Below, in pieces: positions 30,022 to 41,619 of a stretch of 64,000 nucleotides of DNA. The notes beneath the pieces are model-generated. The model did not search any database and was not told where the DNA came from. It worked only from the letters and a program-made list of their open reading frames with translations. Position numbers and translations under genes: made by a program. How positions within the stretch are numbered: the stretch's first letter is position 1; each line of letters starts with the position of its first letter. The DNA comes from Methanolobus sp. (GTDB lineage Archaea; Halobacteriota; Methanosarcinia; Methanosarcinales; Methanosarcinaceae): positions 7,745-71,744 of the forward strand of contig JAASSR010000001.1 of the NCBI GenBank assembly GCA_021767785.1, in the 5' to 3' direction.

Positions 30022-31183
30022 ATTCAGCTACACCTCTGCACATAAGATATACTGCGGCATACTCCGGTACTTCCTGTACTCCTTCTTCGACCACAAGGTC
30101 CTTTCCTTTCATCTGCACAGCAAAAGGTTTTATTACTTTTATTTTTACCGACCTGTCACCAAAAACAACCGCATCTTTCAGGGGTTCGAACCCTTCGAGT
30201 TCATCTATGGGCAGGGCAGTGACTTTCATTCCAGACTTTCCGTGAAGTGATCCCGGCAGACGAATCAGACGCTTTATATCAGCAGTAACCGGCTCATCAA
30301 CACAGGCTGCCATTCTCTCCACACCTTGGTTTACAATTGTTTCAAGTATTTCTTTCTTTATGCTCCCAAGTGCATCCATCCTTCCTTTTTTCAAAGCTTC
30401 AACACGATCTTTATCCTGAAACAGGTCTATTATTTTTCCAGCTGTTGTTTTGCCTATTCCCTTGAAACCTGTAAGTATCTTAATAGCATCTTCATCATTT
30501 GCAAGGGATGTAAGATATGATATTAAATATCGGTTGATCCTTCCGCCCCATCCTCCGTCATCTTCAGAAGGGAATACTGCCATTTTTGCGGATTCAGCAC
30601 CTGCATCTCCTGAAATATTCTTCTTTGAGAAGATCTTTTCAAGATTAAGACCCTTGGAACTGACATAATCTACTATCTCCCTTCTTTCTGCACTACCAAG
30701 TGAAAGAACGGACTTCTCGCTTATGTGGAAATGATAGCCTCTGCCTCCGGAAAAAACAGCGTGTACCTCATTTTCGCTGAATCCGAAATCATCTATGAGG
30801 AATTCCAGGAGCTTTAATGTTTCCTTTTTTCCCTTCTCCAGCATATCGGCATATGAATCGATGCCTCCGGGAAGATGGTCAGAGTCAATATCAAATATCA
30901 GATCGGCTTTTTGCCAGTTCTTCTCTTTCATTTTAGGAGCAGCAGGGTATTCATAATAGGCAACTGAATAATAAGCATGTGCCGGGGCTATACCTTTCAT
31001 GTAATCATATAATTCACCTTTCGATCCGAAAGCACGGTGTCTTTTCATGAAAGTATCCTGACCTGTGCTAAACTCGATGAACCCCCATTCCCTGGATGTG
31101 AACTCCGGCGGCAATCTCAGGTCCGCTGTCGAGTAGTATTTCTGGAACTCAGATACCAAAAAATGTCTTGTGTTCTCATTCAT
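30008..31183 (-). CDS. priS: DNA primase catalytic (small) subunit
   Basis: REWGF, DLIFDID, FSGGRGYH, DEPVTADIKRLIRLPGSLHGK. Confidence 0.96.
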   Translation of the reverse strand: MNENTRHFLVSEFQKYYSTADLRLPPEFTSREWGFIEFSTGQDTFMKRHRAFGSKGELYDYMKGIAPAHAYYSVAYYEYPAAPKMKEKNWQKADLIFDIDSDHLPGGIDSYADMLEKGKKETLKLLEFLIDDFGFSENEVHAVFSGGRGYHFHISEKSVLSLGSAERREIVDYVSSKGLNLEKIFSKKNISGDAGAESAKMAVFPSEDDGGWGGRINRYLISYLTSLANDEDAIKILTGFKGIGKTTAGKIIDLFQDKDRVEALKKGRMDALGSIKKEILETIVNQGVERMAACVDEPVTADIKRLIRLPGSLHGKSGMKVTALPIDELEGFEPLKDAVVFGDRSVKIKVIKPFAVQMKGKDLVVEEGVQEVPEYAAVYLMCRGVAEYGSH

Positions 31184-31298
31184 CTGAAGCCTGTATCTCC
31201 TTTGCCGGGGTATTATATTTCTTCTGGAAACTTACGGATATTAGAACTATTTAATGCGTCATAAACCTTATAGTTACCATCTGCATTATAGTCCCCGC

Positions 31299-33293
31299 AT
31301 GAAGAAGGAAATGACGAGTGCTGATGTAGCTGCCCTTGCACTTGAGCTCAGCTCAGGTGAAACGTCTATTATAGATGCTAAAATAGCTAAAATCTACCAG
31401 CCGACGGATGATGAGATTCGTATCAATCTGTACATTTTCAATAAAGGCAGGGATAATCTTGTTATCGAGGCAGGAAAACGTGCTCATATGAGCCAGCATC
31501 TACGTCCCAGTCCCAAGATCCCGCAATCATTCCCGATGATGTTAAGAAAACATATAATGGGAGGACGTATCACATTTGTCAAACAGTATGATTTTGACAG
31601 GATACTTGAGATCGGTGTTGTACGCGGAGGTGTGGAAACACTCCTTGTTATCGAGTTATTCTCTCCCGGGAACATAGTATTGCTTGATAGTGAAAGACGG
31701 ATCATTCTCCCTATGAAGCCTGTGACATTCAAAGGCAGAAGGATACGCAGTGGTGAGGTATATCAGTATCCCGATGCTCAGATAAGTCCGGTTGAAGCCA
31801 ATGCAGAGGATCTTAAAAAAATATTCTCCGGATCTGATGCAGATGTTGTCAGGACGATCGCGACAAGATTCAATCTGGGCGGAGTTCTGGCTGAAGAGGT
31901 ATGTGCAAGGTCCCGTGTCAATAAAACACAAGCTGCTAAAGATGCAGGATCTGAGGACATTGATGCTATCATTGCAGCACTAAAAGCATTATTCTCACCA
32001 CTTCTGAAGTGTAATCTGGATCCATGTCTGATAAAAAAAGAGGTCAAAGGTGAGATGCAGGCTTTTGATGTCCTACCTTTTGAGCTTTACATCTACAAAG
32101 ATTATGAAAAAACTTCCTTTTCTAGTTTCAATGCAGCTCTTGATGAATTCTTTGGTAAGGCTGTTGCAGAATCGGTTCAGCAACAGGTAACTTCAGTAAA
32201 GAAGGAAAAAGTGGATGTTTTTGAGCGCAGACTTCAAAAACAGAAAGCTGCAATCCAAAAATTCGGCAAGGATGCTGATAAACAGACAAGGATCGCAGAG
32301 AAGATATATGCTAATTATGTTGAGATCGAGGAAATAATAGGTGTCCTTAAACAGGCACGTGCTGATGGCTACTCGTGGGATGAGATAAGGTCCATTATCA
32401 AAAAAGCAAAGGACAAGGTACCTGCTGCAAAATGGATAGAAAATATTGACCCGTCAGCAGGAAAAGTTGTCCTTGATCTGGATGGTACAAAAGCAAGCAT
32501 TGATGTCAGACTTACGATACCTCAGAATGCAAAGGTTTACTATGAAAAAGCTAAAAAGTTAACCAGGAAAAAGGAAGGGGCTTTGAAGGCCATCGAGGAT
32601 ACCAGAATTGCAATGAAGAAAAAAGAGAAGAAAGTATCCAACAAGCGCCGGGTCAATAGAAAGAGATACTGGTATGAACGTTTCAGATGGTTCATCTCTT
32701 CGGATGGTTTTCTGGTTGTTGCAGGAAGGGATGCTGACAGCAATGAAGAAATAGTAAAGAAATATATGGAGAAGAGGGACATTGTATTCCATACGCAGAA
32801 CCCCGGTGCTCCTATCACGGTAATAAGGACTGAAGGTAAGGATATTCCGGAAACCACATTGCAGGAAACGGCTCAATTTGTGGTATCCTATTCAAGTGTC
32901 TGGAAATCAGGACAGTTCAGTGGTGATTGTTACTGGGTTAAACCTGAACAGGTATCAAAGACCCCTGAATCCGGGGAATTCCTTAAGAAAGGTTCTTTTG
33001 TCATTAGAGGAGAAAGGAATTATTTCAGAGATGTACAGGTAGGGGCAGCTATTGCTCTGGAACTTGATGAAAAAACCCGTGTAATAGGGGGCCCTCTATC
33101 TGCGGTCAGCAAACATGGGAAGTATGTTATTGAAGTGATTCCCGGAAAATTCAATCAGAATGATCTGGCAAAAAAGATATACAAAATATATGTGGACAGG
33201 CTGAAAGATCCTAATTTTGTAAAGCAGATAGCATCTCCTGACAGGATCGCAAAAATGCTTCCTCCGGGTGAGTCCGAAATCAAGTCCCTGTAA
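31299..33293 (+). CDS. rqcH: Rqc2/RqcH/NEMF ribosome quality-control factor
   Basis: MTSADV, FPMMLRKH, QYDFDRI, WYERFRWFISSDG.LVVAGRDA..NE, VSKTPESGE.L.KGSF.IRG.RNY. Confidence 0.92.
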   Translation: MKKEMTSADVAALALELSSGETSIIDAKIAKIYQPTDDEIRINLYIFNKGRDNLVIEAGKRAHMSQHLRPSPKIPQSFPMMLRKHIMGGRITFVKQYDFDRILEIGVVRGGVETLLVIELFSPGNIVLLDSERRIILPMKPVTFKGRRIRSGEVYQYPDAQISPVEANAEDLKKIFSGSDADVVRTIATRFNLGGVLAEEVCARSRVNKTQAAKDAGSEDIDAIIAALKALFSPLLKCNLDPCLIKKEVKGEMQAFDVLPFELYIYKDYEKTSFSSFNAALDEFFGKAVAESVQQQVTSVKKEKVDVFERRLQKQKAAIQKFGKDADKQTRIAEKIYANYVEIEEIIGVLKQARADGYSWDEIRSIIKKAKDKVPAAKWIENIDPSAGKVVLDLDGTKASIDVRLTIPQNAKVYYEKAKKLTRKKEGALKAIEDTRIAMKKKEKKVSNKRRVNRKRYWYERFRWFISSDGFLVVAGRDADSNEEIVKKYMEKRDIVFHTQNPGAPITVIRTEGKDIPETTLQETAQFVVSYSSVWKSGQFSGDCYWVKPEQVSKTPESGEFLKKGSFVIRGERNYFRDVQVGAAIALELDEKTRVIGGPLSAVSKHGKYVIEVIPGKFNQNDLAKKIYKIYVDRLKDPNFVKQIASPDRIAKMLPPGESEIKSL

Positions 33294-33389
33294 TATGTAA
33301 ATACTGCGTACTTGTCGGAATCTATCAATATTAGTATAGTATCTTAGTTAATGTAATTGAATTTGTTTGTGGATTAATATCAAGGTGTT

Positions 33390-34433
33390 ATGATGAGGAT
33401 ATTGAAAAGGAGTTTGAAAGGAAGAGATGGTGAGATAAAACTGGTTCCTGAAACGCTTGATGACCTCTGGCACCTGAAGTATATTATTGAAAAGGGAGAC
33501 CTTGTCTTTGCCATGACCAAAAGAAAAGGTGATACTTCTTCTGATAAGCTTCGACCGGAGAAGGTCGACAAAAAGACGGTAAGACTTGGCATCAGGGTTG
33601 AAGAACTGGAATTCCATAAGTTCTCAAATCGCCTGAGGATCCATGGTCTTATTGAGCATGGAATGGATGCAGGACATTATCATACTTTCAATGTTGAAGA
33701 GGGCCTTGATATATCGATCATAAAAACATGGAAAAAAGATCAGCTTGAAAGGATAAATGAGGCAGAGGCCAGTTCAAAGCGGCCTAAAGTTGTTATTGTT
33801 GCGATTGAAGAAGGAGATGCAGATATCGGTCTTGTGAAACATTACGGTATAGAGGAATATTCTCATATTAGTCAATCTTCGGGAAAAGGTGAGGGTACAC
33901 TCAGAGAGGTCTTTTTCCAGGAAATAATGGATCAACTTGTTTATGCGGCTTCAGAGTCCGAATCAATTGTAGTGGCGGGTCCGGGATTTACCAAGGATGA
34001 CTTTTTAAAGTATATGAGATCAAAAGAATCTGATCTTAGTGAGAGGGTGATCAGTGAGGACACTTCATCCATAGGTATGTCCGGTTTCCAGGAGGTTCTC
34101 AGACGTGGTGCTGTGGACAGGATCATGGAAGAATCACGCATTGCCAGGGAATCGCGTCTGATGGATGATCTGCTAAAGGAAATAGCTACTGACGGGAAAG
34201 TAGCTTATGGTATGGAAGAGGTTAAGATGGCTCTGGATTATGGTGCTATAGAAACTCTTCTTGTTGCTGATGAGCTGTTAAGGATCGAACGTGAGAAGGG
34301 TAGTATAGATTCTTTTTTGCAGGCGGTTGAACATACACAGGGTAACATAGTTGTTTTCAGCACGGTATTCGAACCGGGTCAGAAATTGCTTGCACTTGGA
34401 GGTATTGCCGCATTGCTGCGTTTTAAAATATGA
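33390..34433 (+). CDS. pelA: Pelota (Dom34) ribosome rescue factor
   Basis: PETLDDLWHL, GHYHTFNV, AGPGFTK, YGAIETLLV, LGGIAALLRF. Confidence 0.95.
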   Translation: MMRILKRSLKGRDGEIKLVPETLDDLWHLKYIIEKGDLVFAMTKRKGDTSSDKLRPEKVDKKTVRLGIRVEELEFHKFSNRLRIHGLIEHGMDAGHYHTFNVEEGLDISIIKTWKKDQLERINEAEASSKRPKVVIVAIEEGDADIGLVKHYGIEEYSHISQSSGKGEGTLREVFFQEIMDQLVYAASESESIVVAGPGFTKDDFLKYMRSKESDLSERVISEDTSSIGMSGFQEVLRRGAVDRIMEESRIARESRLMDDLLKEIATDGKVAYGMEEVKMALDYGAIETLLVADELLRIEREKGSIDSFLQAVEHTQGNIVVFSTVFEPGQKLLALGGIAALLRFKI

Positions 34434-34434
34434 T

Positions 34435-34460
34435 TTAAAGCATTTACATGCTTTAACTTT
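34435..34460 (+). terminator. Hairpin TTAAAGCAT-TTAC-ATGCTTTAA plus T tract after pelota
   Basis: 9-bp perfect inverted repeat immediately after the stop codon. Confidence 0.5.
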
Positions 34461-34939
34461 TGTGTCACTTTTGTTCTAAAAAACCTACTATATATTCAAT
34501 TTTTCCATAAATAGTTTTCGGAATGGTTTTGCGTGTATTGTGCAAAATATCCAATATGAATGCATAAATAAATTTTATATTATTCATTAAATTAAAACTT
34601 AACATATTATAGGTTTTTTTTAGTGTTTTAAGTCAAAAAAAAGGTTTTTTGATTTTTATATTTTTAATAAATGCTTAAAAAACCCTCTTTTTTTTTATAA
34701 AGGTCTGTAATCTATTATTCTATTTAGTAATAATCAAAAATGATATATACTTCTATTCTAAAGTCCTTATCTGGAGGTGAAAAGGTAACACTTGGAGGAG
34801 GTAGACAAGCAGTTACATAAATTTACTAGAATGGAATTGATTTCTGACATATAGTTTTAAGGTCAGTGATAAACAGTTATAAGGAATATCAATATTGTTT
34901 GACAATTATTAAATTGTTTTATTAGGGAAGTGATAAACT

Positions 34940-35515
34940 ATGGAAGGCGAAGTAACAATTAAAGATACAACTGCAAGTCCGGCACCACTGGGATTCTTTG
35001 GTCTTGGATTTGCAGCCACATTCCTCGGATTAATGGTCATGGGAATGTTCAGTGATGCTGTAATGGTAATTTCAACTGCAATATTCCTTGGTGGATTTGC
35101 TCAGTTGTTTGCCAGTTTTGAACTATGGAAAAAAGGAGATACCTTTGGTGCATCCGCATTCGGAGCATTCGCATTGTTCTGGTTCTCCTGGGCATTTATC
35201 CAGATAATTACTACGATTGGAATGTTTGGTGGAATAATGGATCCTATGAGTGCCAGCGCAGGTTTCTGGTATCTTATAATATGGGGTATCATAGCAACCC
35301 TGTTGACCATTGTAACATTTAAGATCGGCTTGAAAGCAATTGTAGTGACTTTCATCTTGCTTGATCTGACATTCTTTAGTCTTGCTCTTGTTGGAGGAAT
35401 GATTGCAGGTGTGATAACCCTTCTTCTTGGTCTTGCTTCACTCTACACGGCTGTTGCAATGATCTGGATGGAAGTAGGTAATCTCAACTGTCCAGGACTG
35501 TGTGCACCAGAATAA
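34940..35515 (+). CDS. GPR1/FUN34/YaaH (SatP-like) carboxylate/acetate transporter
   Basis: ASPAPLGFFG, GGFAQL, GDTFGA.AF..FALFW, about six TMs. Confidence 0.85.
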   Translation: MEGEVTIKDTTASPAPLGFFGLGFAATFLGLMVMGMFSDAVMVISTAIFLGGFAQLFASFELWKKGDTFGASAFGAFALFWFSWAFIQIITTIGMFGGIMDPMSASAGFWYLIIWGIIATLLTIVTFKIGLKAIVVTFILLDLTFFSLALVGGMIAGVITLLLGLASLYTAVAMIWMEVGNLNCPGLCAPE

Positions 35516-35550
35516 GCAAGCTTAAGGTTAGATATTTTTTAGAATATTAG

Positions 35551-35575
35551 GCCGGCAAGTTGCCGGCGATTTTTT
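35551..35575 (+). terminator. GC-rich hairpin GCCGGCA-AGT-TGCCGGC plus T tract
   Basis: Perfect inverted repeat 35 nt downstream of the stop, followed by T6. Confidence 0.6.
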
Positions 35576-35861
35576 ATTAATTACGTAATATCTGTGTAAT
35601 CTGATAGTACATTTTTGATAGATACATCTGGTTTTTACTTTGTTCGTTTCCTATCATATAACTGAATCATGTTCTGATATCTTCAAGTGGCAACTTTTTC
35701 TCACTGATTAAAATAAATGACTTTCAATATTATTTTAAAAACCGATCAACAAGTCCCATATTGTCTAAAAATCATTAAAAAACAAATTTATCTGATAAGG
35801 ACCGTTTAATAAGTAAGTATATTTACAAAATCATTAAATCTGATGAAATCCATGATTCTTT

Positions 35862-36215
35862 TCAATCGCTTTTACTTGATGCTTCTAATTCCTGTTTAGA
35901 TATCTGGACCAGTTCATCAGGATCATCCACGTCCTTGTGGACGAAAAGTCCGCACCAGCAACGTTTCATTGCATCAAAATGTTCTCTGTGGAAAGGTATA
36001 CACGGGCATACCAGTTTCATATCGTGTCCCCTCTCACCGGTCAATCCCTGACAGGGGCAGAAGGGACTGCCTTTTTCTTTTTCCAGCATGACTTCCTGTT
36101 CCAGCAGGTAATCCACAATTTCTTCGTCGGGACTGAACTTATATCCAAGGGGATCTATGACTTTCTGGAACATTGTCCTTAATTGTTCCATGCGTTTCTT
36201 CGTATCCATAGACAT
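35862..36215 (-). CDS. Ferredoxin:thioredoxin reductase catalytic-subunit-like protein
   Basis: CPC...CPC...CWC motifs. Start at ATG 36215 or 36209. Confidence 0.9.
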   Translation of the reverse strand: MSMDTKKRMEQLRTMFQKVIDPLGYKFSPDEEIVDYLLEQEVMLEKEKGSPFCPCQGLTGERGHDMKLVCPCIPFHREHFDAMKRCWCGLFVHKDVDDPDELVQISKQELEASSKSD

Positions 36216-36219
36216 TACC

Positions 36220-36570
36220 TTACCTGTACAGCAGACTGGCATATTTCTTTGTATTATAGCCCACTACCGCCTCACCATCGATCTTGACAACCGGAAATCC
36301 CAGGTCATCCATATAGGACTTGCAGTCTTCCTGTATATATTTGCGGGTTTCCTCATCAGCCTTATCGTACTCTATATACTCAACGGTGGCTCCTTTTTCC
36401 GTGAAGAACTTCCTGGCTTTCTTGCACCAGGGGCAGGTACTAAGTGCATATATTGTAACTTTCTTCGAAGCAGCCTTTTCAAGCTCATCGCTACTGTCTT
36501 TATGCCCCAGGGGTTCCACCGCCTTCTGGAAAACCTTCCGGGACTGTTCCATGAGTTTCTTTGCATCCAC
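36220..36570 (-). CDS. Glutaredoxin/NrdH-like protein with FTR-like N-terminal extension
   Basis: YALSTCPWCKK, FPVVKIDG..VVGY. GTG start at 36570 after GAGGTGA. Confidence 0.88.
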   Translation of the reverse strand: MDAKKLMEQSRKVFQKAVEPLGHKDSSDELEKAASKKVTIYALSTCPWCKKARKFFTEKGATVEYIEYDKADEETRKYIQEDCKSYMDDLGFPVVKIDGEAVVGYNTKKYASLLYR

Positions 36571-36742
36571 ATTTATCACCTCACATTTTATGTCTAATTA
36601 CCTCTCATTGACCTAAGCGCCCAATTATCAACCCCGAATTACTGATTTCGGCAACAGAGCATTATTTCTTCTGATGGATATCTTTGCCAGGTACATCAAA
36701 ATGAAGTGCTGATAATTTACTTCACACTTCCTTCATTGTAAC

Positions 36743-37060
36743 TCAATGTTCCATATTAATGTAAATTTTGCCATCAGCAATCCTTGTTTCATAAGAAGCG
36801 ACCTTGAGCTCTTTTGCATCCAGGAATTCCCCACTGCGAATATCAAATCTCCAGTCATGGCACGGACACTTGATTACATAACCTTCAAGTTCTCCTTTGG
36901 ATAACGGACATCCCATATGCATACATCTATTAGAGATAGCAAATAATTCCCCACTTTTTTTTATCAGTACTATCTTCTCCCCATCTATTATCACGGCTTT
37001 CTTTTCGCTTTCTGCAAGTTCGTTCACATTAAAAGCAAAGACCCAGGATGCTTCCAGCAT
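36743..37060 (-). CDS. Rieske [2Fe-2S] ferredoxin
   Basis: CMH...CPCH (CxH...CxxH), WRFDIRSG. Confidence 0.92.
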   Translation of the reverse strand: MLEASWVFAFNVNELAESEKKAVIIDGEKIVLIKKSGELFAISNRCMHMGCPLSKGELEGYVIKCPCHDWRFDIRSGEFLDAKELKVASYETRIADGKIYINMEH

Positions 37061-37330
37061 TTTCTTTTCCTCTATAAAAGAGCCGTTATAAACTTATAAA
37101 TAATTATCGTGAACCGCTGTCCATGATGAACATAATACAAAAAAAGTAAACCACAATAGGAAGGGCGATTCAGGATGCTTAATTATCCCTACTTTTTGAG
37201 GAAACCTATTTATTATGTCGGAGCTATATCTACTACTTACTTGAGTGGGTAAGTTAAGGGTTATGTATCAGTTTTTGATAACTTTTCAAGTATACCTTAA
37301 CGCTACTATTTAAATAAATGAGTGATTTTA

Positions 37331-37407
37331 ATGAGTGAAAAGAAACAGTCCTTATATTTGGAATGCAAGTTGCTGATAATCAGAATAACCTGACAGCCGG
37401 CTCCTAA
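37331..37407 (+). pseudogene. 5' remnant of a monofunctional heme catalase
   Basis: ATG-SEKK..., a frameshift, then FGMQVADNQNNLTAGS*, resembling the catalase N-terminal G.PV.DNQNS.TAG motif. Confidence 0.7.
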
Positions 37408-37486
37408 TTTTACGCTCAAAAAATAGTGAGACGTTTCTTTAGCTATCCTTCAAGTCTCTCATTGCCACCAAAATCAATCGATATAA

Positions 37487-39706
<2,220 letters not shown>

Positions 39707-39713
39707 TACCTCA

Positions 39714-39946
39714 CATCTCTATCGTGATGCTATTGTTGATCTGGTTTGCACGAATCTTGTTAGCAATATCATATCCCATTTGTCCGGTGCATTAAAACGT
39801 ATTCAACTTCGGTAGACGGCTCTTTCCTTCAAGCCTGATCCAGGTTATGGGACGCGTGTAGCTAAAAAGGTCTGTGACTGGTGCAGGAAGTTGAACATCT
39901 GGGCGATATGAGTTCTGAAGAGCGTGCTTAAGCTACAGAAAAATAA
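39714..39946 (+). pseudogene. 3' remnant of a monofunctional heme catalase
   Basis: HLYRDAIVDLVCTNLVSNIISHLSGALKRIQLR*TALSFKPDPGYGTRVAK, frameshift, KGL*LVQEVEHLGDMSSEERA*ATEK*. Matches the catalase C-terminal helical domain pattern (L..NI..HL..A...IQ.R....F...DP.YG.RVA.GL). Confidence 0.8.
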
Positions 39947-40047
39947 AATCGCTTTTAAGATTGTAAGAAGATATGTCTTTCATCTGGCGTAAGGATAAGC
40001 AGCCCATAAGATGGAAGATATCTTATTTGTTTTAATTATTTGTATTA

Positions 40048-40920
40048 TTAGCGTACACGTGCGGCCCGCTCTGTAGATTCTATATGCAGAAGCTCTTTTC
40101 CATCCATGTATATGTGAATGACTCCGCCTGATTCGGAAACTGTCACTGCAATTGCCACAGTATCTCTCGTAACTGCAGCAGCAGAAACATGACGTCCTCC
40201 GAGACCTTTTTCCACTGGTATGTCCCTGGCATCTACATCCAGGTATCTTCCTGCAGCTTCTACCATTCCTTCTTCAGAAATAACAAAGACGCCATCAAGC
40301 TGGGCAAATTCTTTTATAGATTCCCAGTTCTTTTTGTCAAGTATGTTCCTGTCCCCGTCTTCCTGTCCTGAGTAAGGGTTCAGTATCATCTGGTGAGACC
40401 GTATCATCACCTCTTCCACATCCCCAACTATAAATGCCGTACCGATCTGTTTTCCTTCACGCCCGGTATTTGATATGTCAAAAGCTACTTTAAGGACAGC
40501 GCGCAGGATCTCGGCAGGTATCCTTTCCTCACATTCCTTGAGTATCTTCACCAGGTGGTTCTCCTCAAGGTTATGGATCACAATGGCATAGGAGTTCTTA
40601 CTCTCTATTATGCCGATAACGGTTCCTTCTTTAACCTCATCCATCATATATTCGATTGCAGATACACTTTCAACATGTTCCATCTTCCCTGAAGCCTGGT
40701 GACTGATCTTATCGAGTATTTCCTTTGATCTTTCTTCTTTTGTTTTGCTGCTGGAAGAAAGGTGATCGATGATATTCCTTTGTTTTCGGCTTACATAATA
40801 GACAGGTATGGATGTCTTTGTTTCACCAAGATCTATATCTCCTGATATTATGATGGCTGTAGATTTCAGCTCTTCTGCAAGTCTTACAGCATTATCGACA
40901 ACTACCTGTGTACAGTTCAA
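40048..40920 (-). CDS. dacZ: Diadenylate cyclase (archaeal DacZ type)
   Basis: GREGKQIGTAF, KEFAQLDGVFVI, GLGGRH.SAA, VSESGG. Confidence 0.85.
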   Translation of the reverse strand: MNCTQVVVDNAVRLAEELKSTAIIISGDIDLGETKTSIPVYYVSRKQRNIIDHLSSSSKTKEERSKEILDKISHQASGKMEHVESVSAIEYMMDEVKEGTVIGIIESKNSYAIVIHNLEENHLVKILKECEERIPAEILRAVLKVAFDISNTGREGKQIGTAFIVGDVEEVMIRSHQMILNPYSGQEDGDRNILDKKNWESIKEFAQLDGVFVISEEGMVEAAGRYLDVDARDIPVEKGLGGRHVSAAAVTRDTVAIAVTVSESGGVIHIYMDGKELLHIESTERAARVR

Positions 40921-41067
40921 ATTGTTCCCTCGATTTTAATGAAGATATTTCACCGGCAATCTGACTACCGGAACATGCCATATTATCTATTATCTTTTTA
41001 TAAATAAAACTTGTTAAGTAGCGTTATTAATTTATGTCTCCAGTATAAATGATAATTGGTGATATGT

Positions 41068-41613
41068 GTGGTCAGGACTTTTGTTGCAGTTGACCTTCCC
41101 GGAGAATTAAATGTTAAGATTGCTGAAATACAATCAAAGTTCGATGATTTCAAATTCAAATTCGTAGATCCGGCGTTAGTTCATATTACCATGAAGTTTT
41201 TAGGTGAGATCCCAGAAGACAAGATCTCTGATGTATCCAGAGCACTTGATAATGTGAAATGCGAACCTTTTGAAGCAGAAATTAAAAAACTTGGTGTTTT
41301 TCCCAAACCCAAGTTCACAAAGGTTATATGGTTGGGATGTGAAGGGGACTTTGATAAACTCTATGAATCTATTGAACAATCTTTATCTTCATTCGAATTT
41401 GAAAAAAATCTTTATCGTTTCAGCGCCCATGCAACCCTTGCAAGAGTTAAATATCTTCCGAAAAAAAAGAAATCTGACTTTCTGGAGCTATTGGAAGAAC
41501 TCAAAGATGTCGATGTGGGTACAATGACGGTTGATTCAATAAAACTGAAAAAAAGTACATTGACCCCAAAGGGTCCTATCTACGAGACCCTTCACGAGGT
41601 CAGTCTCCGTTGA
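41068..41613 (+). CDS. thpR: RNA 2',3'-cyclic phosphodiesterase (2H family, LigT/ThpR)
   Basis: RTFVAV, HITMKFLG, HATLARVK, STLTPKGPIY. Confidence 0.92.
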   Translation: MVRTFVAVDLPGELNVKIAEIQSKFDDFKFKFVDPALVHITMKFLGEIPEDKISDVSRALDNVKCEPFEAEIKKLGVFPKPKFTKVIWLGCEGDFDKLYESIEQSLSSFEFEKNLYRFSAHATLARVKYLPKKKKSDFLELLEELKDVDVGTMTVDSIKLKKSTLTPKGPIYETLHEVSLR

Positions 41614-41619
41614 TCAAAA

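Noticed and set aside
30180..30194. GGGGTTCGAACCC resembling a tRNA T-arm or att-site duplicate
   Set aside because: It lies inside priS coding sequence (GFEPL) and does not extend to match the tRNA-Ser 3' end.
34434..34740. Very AT-rich tract as a replication origin
   Set aside because: No ORB-like repeats with G-strings and no adjacent cdc6/orc1; better explained as terminator plus upstream promoter region.
36580..36742. Possible gene remnant between the Rieske and glutaredoxin genes
   Set aside because: Only short peptides with no recognisable similarity; cannot be supported without a database search.
39813..39815. TAG in the catalase remnant read as pyrrolysine
   Set aside because: The fragment also has a frameshift, TGA and TAA stops and no start codon, so it is simple decay.
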